From the NCBI RefSeq assembly GCF_044704955.1, contig NC_091982.1:20894001-20958000 (forward strand): a DNA stretch of 64,000 bases. Direction: 5' to 3'. How positions within the stretch are numbered: the stretch's first letter is position 1; every line of letters starts with the position of its first letter. Origin of the DNA: Pristiophorus japonicus. Taxonomy: Eukaryota. The translations under genes were made by a program, and so were the position numbers. Positions 50,348 to 60,552 of this stretch are shown piece by piece. The notes beneath the pieces are model-generated. The model searched no databases. It was not told where the DNA came from and saw nothing but the letters and a program-made list of their open reading frames with translations.

Positions 50348-53300
50348 GGAAGGGTCAGAAAGCGGACCAGAAGAGGTTGGAACAGTGCACGGGACGCCGA
50401 GGTACACCGGGTTAACACGATCAATGTCCACTGTTCTTACACCAAGACGCCTCCAATTATGATGAGGGTTCTACTCAACGGGATACCCGTCAACATGGAA
50501 CTGGACACGGGGGCCAGTCAATCCCTCATGAGCGTTCAATAATTTGAACAGCTGTGGCCACACAAAAGCAACAGACCAAAACTCACAAAGATCGACACCA
50601 AACTAAGGACCTATACTAACAAAATCGTCCCAGTCCTTGGCAGCGCCATGCTCTCAGTCACACACAAAGGGATGGTGAACTGACTTTCCCTGTGGATTGT
50701 CCCCGGGGATCTCCCAGCCCCGTTGGGGAGAAGCTGGCTCATAAAACTTAATTGGAAATGGGATGATGTTCACGCCATGTCGTCAGAGGAACGGACCTCC
50801 TGCTCAACAGTTGTAAGCCGTTTTGAACATCTCTTTCAGCCAGGTGTGGGCACCTTCAAAGAGGCTAAAGTTAGAATCTCACAGAATGCCAGACTGGTCC
50901 ATCACAAGGCTAGAGCTGTGCCTTATGTGATGAGGGAAAAGATTGAAAACGAACTGGACAGGCTTCTGAGGGAAGGCATAATTTCTCCCGTGGAATTCAG
51001 CGATTGGGCAAGCCCCATCGTCCCCGTCATGAAGCCTGATGGATCTGTGCGAATCTGTGGGGATTACAAGTCTACCATAAACAGAGTCTCCCTACAGGAC
51101 CAATACCCGCTGCCCAGAGCGGAGTACCTATTTGCCACGTTGGCTGGAGGAAAACTTTTCTCGAAACTTGACCTCACATCTGCGTATATGACGCAAGAAC
51201 TGACCGAAGAGTCTAAGCTACTCACCACCATCAACACACATCAAGGCCTTTTTGTGTACAATTGATGCCCATTCAGCATCAGGTCGGCAGCTGCTATATT
51301 CCAGCGCAACATGGAGAGTCTGCTCAAGTCCATCCCGGGGACGGTTGTGTTTCAAGATGACATACTCATCACGGTCAGGGACACCGACTCTCATCTCTGC
51401 AATCTTGAGGAAGTACTGAGTCGATTAGATCGGGTAGGCCTAAGAGTTAAGAAACCCAAGTGTCTGTTTCTCACGTCTGAGGTTGAATTTTTGGGCAGAA
51501 GGATTGCCGCTGATGGAATCTGCCCAACCGAATCCAAAACCGAAGCGATTCGCCTGGCACCCAGGACCCGGAATGTCTCGGAACTGCGCGCCTTTCTCGG
51601 GCTACTCCATTACTTTGGGAACTTTATGCAGAACTTGAGCATGCTGCTGGAGCCTCTCCATGTGATACTCAGAAAGGGGTGCGATTGGTTTTGGGGGGAC
51701 GCCCAAGAATGCACCTTCAATAAGGCATGCAACCTTCTATGTTCCAAGGGTGTTTTAGCCTTTTTTGACCCAGGTAAAAAGTTAGTCCTTACGTGTGATG
51801 CATCAGCATACGGGGTCGGGTGCGTTTTACAGCACGTCAATGATGCGGGTAAATTGCAGCCCGTTGCTTATGCCTCCAGGTCACTTTCGTGGGCGGAGCG
51901 CGGGTACGGTATGGTTGAGAGGAGGCGCTCGCGTGCGTGTACGGTGTCAAAAAGATGCACCAATACCTTTTCAGGGCCAAGTTTACATTAGAAACCGACC
52001 ACAAACCCCTCACGTTCCTACTAGCCGAGTGCAAGGCAATCAACGCCACGCCTTGGCACGCATTCAGCGGTGGGCACTCATGCTGGTGGCTTACGACTGC
52101 ACGATAAGGAACAGACCAGGCACAAACAACTGTGCCGACACGCTTAGCAGGCTACACCTGGCGACCACAGAAGGGTCCGACGAACAGGACAGTGAGATGG
52201 TCATGGCAATCAATTCCTTTGAATCCACAGGTTCGCCTATGACGGCTCGCCAAATCAGAGCCTGGACGACCAGCGACCCCGTTATCTCCAGTTAAAAGAT
52301 GCGTTTTAACCGGTGACTGGGCAGAGGCTTGCGATGTCTGCCCCGAGGAGGTCAAACCCTTCCATAGGCGCATGCATGAACTCTCACTACAGGCAGACCG
52401 CCTGATGTGGGACAGCCGAGTGGTTATGCCCTTACGAGGCAGGGAGGCATTTGTCCGGGAGCTCCATTGCGAGCACCCGGGGATCGTCCTTATGAAGGCC
52501 ATAGCCAGATAGCCTGGCATTGACGTGGACTTGGAGCTCTGTGTCAATCGGTGCACCATTTGTGCCCAACTCAGCAATGCCCCCAGGGAGGTCCCCCTAA
52601 GCCCCTGGCCCACCAAACCATGGTCGCGGGTGCAGGTAGACTATGCGGGCCCATTCATGGGCAAAATGTTCCTCGTAGTCGTTGATGCATTTTCAAAATG
52701 GATCGAGTGCACCACTTTAAACTCGAGCACCACCTCCACCACTGTGGAGAGCCTTAGAACCATGTTTGCAACGCACGGCATTCTTGACATATTGGTCAGT
52801 GATAATGGTCCGTGCTTCACCAGCGCAGAATTTCACGATTTTATAGTTGACCACGGTATAAATCATGTTAAGACGGCACCTTTCAAACCGGCCTCCAATG
52901 GCCAGGTGGAGCGAGCAGTGCAGATCATTAAACAAGGCATGCTCAGAATCCAAGGTCCCACGCTGCAGAGCTGCCTGTCGTGACTGCTGCTGGCATACAG
53001 ATCTCGTCCGCATTCATTGACTGGGGTTCCCCCGCCCCCCCCCCCCCCCCCCCCCGCGCAACTATTGATGAAACGAACCTTAAAGACCAGGCTCTCGTTA
53101 ATCCTCCCAGATATGCATGAAATTGTGGAGGCTAAGCGTCAAAAACTAACTGAGTACCATGACCGAAATTCGAGGGGGAGGTAGAATGAGATAGGGGACA
53201 AAGTGTTTGTGCTAAACTATGGCCGGGGTCCCAAATGGCTTGCAGGGACAGTAACAGACAGAGGGAAACAGGATACTGGTTGTACAAATGGACAATGGCC

Positions 53301-55652
53301 AAACCTGCCGGAGGCATGTAGACCAAGTAAAAAGTATCACACTGAAGAACCAGAGGCAGACTACAATGTGGAACTCACACCACACCTGATGGACAGACAG
53401 GTGGAACAACCTGAGGAAAGGGCAGTCTCAACAGACAGCCCAGGCGAGATACCGGCAATCACACCGAACGAAACAGACAGCCCAGGCGAGATACCAGCAA
53501 ACACACCGAACGAAAAACATGCACCAAGGCAAACAACTGAACCATAACTAAGACGCTCCACGCGAGAGCGCAGACCACCTGAGAGACTGAATCTATAAAG
53601 GCAATAAGACCTTGGGAGAGGGTGATGTCATGTATCTCACATTACTGTATATAACTGTATCTTACCATGCTATACATGACTGTAACTGGATATGACCTGT
53701 AACAATTAGCATACCTTACCACCAGGGGTGCACTTGCAGGAGACACTCCATACCTGTCCCACTGAGGTATATAAAGGGAGGTCTCAGACAAGTGCAGCAC
53801 TGGAGAGCTGGAATTAAAGGTGCAGGTCCTGAGTGACCTTGACTTCAGCATGTGTCTCGTGTAAGTCAGTACATTAGAGTCAGGACTTAACAGAAATTAA
53901 ATGAGCAAATAACTGATGCAAGAGTATGAGAATGATTGGGAAACAGTGACCACAACATTTAAGAACAGAAAGGAATATTGAAGGGTACTAGACTGGACTG
54001 GAAAAAGGCAAAGTCTGTCAAGATAAAAAAGCATCAGGTCCAAATTAAATGGGCAGTAAAGGTAGCAAACAAGATACCAAAACAATGTGAAAATATAAGA
54101 TGCATTGTGAAGGTGCATCAAATAATAGTGTTCCACAGATAACCAGACAGATTAAAACTAAACAAACTTAAAAGGGAGACAAATTATTGAAAGTGTAGTA
54201 AAAGATTTTAAAAGTCTAACAGCGATTAAAAGACTGAAAGAGAACATAAAAAAAGTCTACCAAAAAGTATAAAAGTAAATAGCAAGGGCTTTGATAAACA
54301 CATTAAAAAAGTAAAATAATAATTAAAAGAGAGGGTGGGATGACTCGGGGTGAAGGAGAGAACCGAATTGTGGAGGATCAAGGTATGGTAGAGATATTAA
54401 ATAAATATTTAGCATCAGTTTTTACAAATGATGGAGGAAGTGAAACATAGGTGAACTAGAGGAGGATATGGAACAATTGACAGAGAGAACTGTGGAAAGG
54501 GAATTAGTTCAGAAAAAAATTAACAGGACTTAGGGCGTATAAGCCACCAGGTCCTGATGGCTGCAATGTAGGTTGTTGACAGAAGTCAGAGAGGAGAAAG
54601 CAGAGACCCTGGCAATAATTTTTCAATCCTCATTAAATCTGCAAAGTGTACAGGTACTAACCAATGCAACACCTGTGTTCAAGAAGGGAAAGGAAGATAA
54701 AATGGGTTACGATAGACCAGCTATGGGCAAACCTATACAATCCATAATGCAAGATAAAATTAGTGAGCCTTTAGAAATGAATGGGCTAATCAAGGACAGT
54801 CAACATGGATTTATGTAAGGCAAGTCATATTTGACAAAGTTAATAGAATTTTTTGAAGAAGTGGGAATTGTTTGGGTCAGTAGCGAGAACTCACTAGATA
54901 TAGTGTACATGGATTTTCAGAAAGTGTCTCACCAGAGGCTGGTTATGGAGTTGCAGGAATATGGAAGGATTTAAAGATGAGGATGAGAATTTTAAATTTA
55001 AGGCATTGGGGGTTCAGAAGCCAATGAAGTTCCATGAGAATAGGGTTTATGCGCAAGCGGGATAGAATACGAGTAGCAGAGTATTAGATGAGCTGAAATT
55101 TGTGAAAGGTGAAAGATGGGAGGCTGGCCACAAAAACACTGGAATAGTTGAGTCTGGAACACAACCTCTAACTTTGCTGAAGACAAAAAAGTAGATGGCT
55201 GGGCAAACAGCAAGGAGGATTATAAAAAAACTTCAGGAAGACAAAGACAGGGTCATCAGAATGGGCAAGCAGGCAGAAGATACAAATTAATATAGATAAA
55301 TGAGAGGTTACACATTTTGGGAGAAAAAACAAGGAATGGGAGTATACACTCAATGCAAAGATACTGAAAGATGTGGACAAACAGAAAGTCTAGGGGTTCA
55401 AAGTGTATAATTCCCTGAAAGTGTGCATGCAGGCAGATAAAGCTATAACAGAGCCAACAGCATTTTGGGGTTTATAAATAGAAACATGGAGTAAAAGAAT
55501 ATAGAAGAAATTGTATTTTTTATAAAACATTGGTAAGAGTACGGTGTGCAGTTTTGGAAGCCCCATAACGGAAAAGACATCAATGCCACATTGAAATTAC
55601 CAGGATGATGCCATGGATGGGAAACTAGGTTATGAAGAGATACTAAAATCAT

Positions 55653-58600
55653 TAAAAAAAAATTTGTTCCGGGATGTGGGCGTCGCTGGCAAGGCCAGCA
55701 TTTATTGCACATCCCTAATTGCTTTTGAGAAGGTGATGGTGAGCTGCCTTCTTGAACCGCTGTAGTCCTTGTGTTGAAGGTAATCCCATAGTGCTGTTAG
55801 GGAGGGAGTTCCAGGATTTTGACCCAGCGACGATGAAGGAACAGCGATATATTTCCAAGCCAGGATGATGTGTAACTTGGAAGGGGCCTTGGAGGTGATG
55901 GTGTTCCCATGCGCCTACTGCCCTTGTCCTTCTAGATGGTAGAGGTTGCGGTTTTGGGAGTTGCTGCCGAAGAAGCCGTGGCGAATTGCTACAGTGTAAC
56001 TTATAGATGGTACACACTGCAACCATGATGCGCCGGCGATACAGTGAGTGAATGTTTAAGGTGGTGGATGGGGTGCCAATCAAGCGAGCTGCTTTGTCCT
56101 GGATGGTGTTGAGCTTCTCGAGTGTTGCTGCTGCTGCACTCATCCAGGCAAGTGGAGAGTGTTATGTATTGTTCAGGTACATTAAATGTATAAGTACAAT
56201 GGTGCGCCACAGAGGGCGCTGTGGTGGGAGACCTGAAAGTACCTGCAAGGCAGAGTATAAAAGGCTGCCCACCACACCTGAGAGGCATTCTGGAGTCAGA
56301 CAATAAAGGATTAAGGTCACAGCAGTTATATCAACACCAGACCGTGTGGAGTCAGTGATTTGTGTGCTACATACACTACATTGGCAACGAGGATGCGGAC
56401 AAACTCCACGCAACCATGGCTACTCTGGGCTCGCTAAAGGATTCGACCATGGGCAATGATTGGGAGGCCTTTACGGAAAGGCTCGAGTACTGCTTCACAG
56501 CTAACGACCTGACGGGGCGCACGGACGCAATGAGAGAGAAGCGTAAGGCGATATTGCTTTCCAGTTGTGGCGATGAGGTTCACTGTCTCGTCAGGGATTT
56601 GCTGGCACTTGGCTGGTCGCACTCATTCGTGACCAGTTGAAACCGAAGGAGAGCATCCTCACGGCCAGATACAAATTTTACCATCACTGCAGATCTGAGG
56701 GCCAGGATGTCACCAAATATGCTGCGGACCTCAGGAGACTCGCGGCGCCGTGTGATTTTGGCGCACACCTTGACGAGGCGTTGCAGGATGTTTTTGTTAT
56801 GGGGATCGGCCATGAGGGCCTCCTTCACAAGCTGCTAGCCACGGAACCCACAGTCACCCTGACAAAAGCCATCACCATCAGCCGGGCATATATGACCTCG
56901 ACTTGCACCACACAGTCTCGAACCCGGCAGGCACTGTCCACAGGATAGCACCCACCATGGACAAAACTGCAGAACATGGCTCTGCCCGTGGCAGAGAGCA
57001 CGGACCTCGGGGTCCTGGAACTCAGAGTCCACTGAGGGGGGCTAATCGAGTAGCACCATGCTGGCGCTGCGGAGGAAGCCATGGGGCTCACCGGTGCAGG
57101 TTTGCGGAGTATACGTGCAATACCTGCCACCTGAAAGGCCACCTTCAGCGTATGTGTAAAAGAAATCTGACTCAACGTGTGGCTGAGGAGATGGTGGATG
57201 ATCCACTGTTCAGCGAGGAGCAGACAGAAGATGATGAGGTGTTGCACGTGTACCAATGATTCGCCCCAGTGATAATGGAAGTAAAAATTAATGGCGTCCC
57301 AGTGAGCATGGCAGTGGATACGGGATCAGGTCCGTCGTTGATGAGTCAGAGAACCTTCGATAAACTGTGGGTCAACCCAGATGCACGACTCAAGCTGGTT
57401 CCAGTCACGGCAAAGCTGCGTACCTACACCAAGGAACTGATACCCATTCTTGGTAGAGCGGATGTGCAGGTATCTCATGGAGGCGAGACGCACAGTTTAC
57501 CATTGTGGGTCATTGCAGGCGATGGGCCGACGCTTCTCGGCAGAAAATGGATGGGAAAGGTCCGTGGGAGCTGCGAAGACTTCACACCTCCACAGACCGC
57601 TGTCCCCCGGGTCCCCAAAGGGCAGCGCCGACCGAGCTGGAGAAGAAATAAGCCGTTCATCAGCAGTCTCAATTCCACAGGCCACAGCAACCCTGCAGTC
57701 CCAACCCTGGAAGAGCAGCTTTTCAACCTGGCAGCTCCAAGCTTGTAAGAGCAGCGTTTCAGGCATGGGCCAATCGCTGAGGTGCGAGCCGGCGACGCGC
57801 TGCGGGCGATGATCGGAAGGCCCATCGATGGCCGACAAGTCCGGGGGGGGGCCCATGCGAAGAAAGAGTCGGGCGGTGGTCACGGCTACAATGGAGGCCG
57901 GGACAGCGGCGGCAGGTACTGGAGTAGGAGCGGAGGCCACAGGAGAGGCGGCACCAGTGGCAGGAGCGGAGGCTGCAGTGGCAGCGGAGGCTATGGAGGC
58001 GGCAGGTACGACTCGGGAGAACGCGATTACTCAGACAGATGCAGGAGCCAGAGCAGATGCAGGAGCCAGAACAGAGGATACGGCCAGATTCAAGATCATG
58101 TTTTGGCTGTTTTCTTTCCTTCTTTCTTCGTTATTTCTTCTTTTCCAGAGAGTAAAATGTCAGGCCAGCAGTTCAAGATGGCGGCAGCAGAGCTCTGCAA
58201 AGAACAAAGGCAAGCAGCACAACTAAAATGGCGGCACCCAAGAGAAGCCTCGTGGGAACCACAAGATGGCGTCTTAAAAAGGAAATGGACCCGGGAGTCT
58301 TAAAAGGGCCTTACACCGTTGGCGGTCCCCACAAAGATACTTTTGTAAGGCAAGAGCGAGTCTAAATGAGCTATGTGAATGTACGATGATGGATTTATGA
58401 TTAAAAATTAATATTTTAATGCTAAATGGTTACTGTGTTTAAAATTATGGATATGAATTACGAAAAGAGTTAATACCACGAGGTTCAAGTAAAAGGGATA
58501 TGGACCCGTGACTAACACCACCAATGGGCTAATGCGATTTTTGATTTAGGTGATTCATGCAATGGTTCAGCGGCTGCTAAGGCGACTACTTCATGAGAAC

Positions 58601-59880
58601 AGAGGCAGCGCACCAGTTGTGATACCCTGTCTCAGCGCAGCCCATTACCTCGGGCAAAAAGGGGCTGTGTACCGCCACCGTGCCTCACCCAGAGGAGCTG
58701 GGATTAAATAACTGTTCAATGTACCTGCAACCTTTTGACATAACATCTGTACCACATATTATATGTACCATACAAATGTGCTGTCTATGTATACCTGCTT
58801 TCTGTTGGAGGTTATGCACCTGTACTTTTTCCTCCATGTAGGAACTGCAAATACCACATGTTTGTACCAGGTCCTCCACATGGGGGAGAAGAGGGAAGTG
58901 GATGGTCATGGACTTACACTTACAAATCAACCAGGACGAACAAGGCAGAGGTCACCGGCAATGGCTTTTGGAACTGGGGTGTGGGGGGGGGTGGGGGGAG
59001 TGAGATGTTATGTATTGTCCAGGTACATTAAATGTATAAGTACAATGGTGCACCACAGAGGGCGCTGTGGTGGGAGACCTGAAAGTACCTGCAAGACAAG
59101 AGTATAAAAAACTGCCCACCACACCTGAGAGGCAGTCTGGAGTCAGACAATAAAGGACTAAGGTCACAGCAGTTATATCAACACCAAACTGTGTGGAGTC
59201 AGTGATTTGTGTGCTACATACACCACATAGAGTATTCCATCACATTCCTGATTTGTGCCTTGTAGATGACGGAAAAGCTTTGGGGAGCCAGGAGGCGAGT
59301 CACTCGCCGCAGAATACCCAGCCTCTGACCTGCTCTTGTTGCCACAGTATTTACGTGGCTGGTGTAGTTAAGTTTCTGGTCAATGAACGACCCCCAGGAT
59401 ATTAATGGTGGGGGATTCAGCAATGGTAATCCGTTGAATATCAAGGGAAGGTGGTTAGACTCTCACTTGTTGGAGATGGTCATTGCCTGGCACTAGTGTG
59501 GCGTGAATGTTACTTGCCACTTAGCAGCCCAACCCTGAATGTTATCCAGGTCTTGCTGCATGCGGGCATGGACTGCTTCATTTTCTGAGGAACTGCGAAT
59601 GGAACTGAACACTGTGCAATCATAAGCGAACATCCCCACTTCTGACCTTATGATGGAGGGAAGGTCATTGACCAAGCAGCTGAAGATGGTTGGGCCTAGG
59701 ACACTGCCCTGAAGAACTCCGGCAACGATATCCTGGGGCTGTGATGATTGACCTCCAACAACCACAACCATCTTCCTTTGTGCTAGGTATGACTCCAGCT
59801 AGTGGAGAGTTTTCCTCCTGATTCCCATTAACTTCAATTTTACTAGGGCATCTTAATGCCACACTCGGTCAAATGCTGCC
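55653..59880 (-). mobile_element. CR1/L2-group LINE fragment split by Gypsy-6
   Basis: GVLQGSVLGP, MFAYD and YKAQIRNVMEY right of the insertion; IQDKAARLIG, SWNSLP and FKKAAHHHLLK left of it. Confidence 0.9.
56160..59227 (+). mobile_element. Gypsy-6: 3.07-kb non-autonomous LTR element with gag and protease only
   Basis: LTRs at 56160-56380 and 59006-59227, TSD GAGAG/TAGAG, PBS TGGCAACGAGGATG at 56382, G-rich PPT. gag from 56416 with double CCHC; protease VDTGSG at 57269-57590. No RT, RH or IN motifs. Confidence 0.93.
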
Positions 59881-59882
59881 TT

Positions 59883-60247
59883 AAGCACAAAAATCTAGGC
59901 TGGCACTCCAGTGCAGTATGGAGGAATGTTGCACTGTTGGAGAATTTAAAGCGAGACCCCTTTTGCTCTCTCAGGTAGACCTAAAAGACTGCATGGCACT
60001 ATTTTGAAGAAGAGCAGGGGAGTTATCCCCGGTGTCCTGGCCAATATTTATACCTCAATGAACATCACAAAAACAGATTATCTGGTTATCACATTGCTAA
60101 TTGTGAGGCCTTGCGGTGCACCAATTGACTGCCGCGTTTCCTACCTTACAATAGTGACTAAACTTCAAAAAAAGTACTTTATTGGCTGTAAAGCACTTTG
60201 GGATGTCTGGTGGTCGTGAAAGGGACTGCAGAAATGCAAGTCTTTCT
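59883..60247 (+). mobile_element. DeuSINE lacking its tRNA head
   Basis: ggtgtcctggccaatatttat...aaaacagattatctgg...attggctgtaaagcactttgg, the reverse complement of the 10371-15330 copy. Confidence 0.8.
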
Positions 60248-60349
60248 GTTCTCAGACAAGCAAGGCAGCGAGTGGAGATATAGCAACACCTCCGACAAGG
60301 AGTCTGAGCTGAGATACAGCAGCATCTCATGACAAGAAGGGCACTGAGC

Positions 60350-60552
60350 CAGATCAGCCATGATCTTTTTAAATGGCGGAGCTGGCTCAAGGGGCCCAAT
60401 GGCCTGCTCCGGCTTCTTTTGTTTCTAATGTAACCTACAAGGCTATGGACCAAGATCTGGGAAGTGGGATTAGGCTGGATAGCTCTGTCGGGCGTCACGG
60501 ACACGATGGGCCAAATGGCCTCCTTCCATGCTGTAAAACTGTATGATTCTAG
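60350..60552 (+). mobile_element. Two short CR1/HE1-like 3' tails
   Basis: gatcagccatgatc...ggctcaaggggcccaatggcctgctcc and gggccaaatggcctccttcc...gtatgattcta. Confidence 0.65.

Larger units (their letters stand above)
44254..53892 (+). mobile_element. Gypsy-4 (outer): full-length Mag-like element, defective
   Basis: 267-bp LTRs at 44254-44520 and 53626-53892 (TG...CA, ~5 differences), TSD GAAAT, PBS TGGCGACGAGAATGGGAT at 44522, gag at ~44555-45460, PR-RT-RH-IN at 50353-53600. Confidence 0.97.
43300..55645 (+). mobile_element. Ancient CR1 LINE split by Gypsy-4 (pieces ~43300-44253 and 53893-55645)
   Basis: Decayed ORF1 end and endonuclease (ggtgattttaactatcc, GDFNYP) on the left. PPGPDG, PVFKKG, QHGF, YMDFQK and FAEDK on the right. 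Continuous across the GAAAT TSD. Confidence 0.8.

Noticed and set aside
44254-53892. Tandem or segmental duplication explaining the two similar Gypsy copies
   Set aside because: Distinct LTR pairs and a perfect GGAAG TSD show nested insertion.
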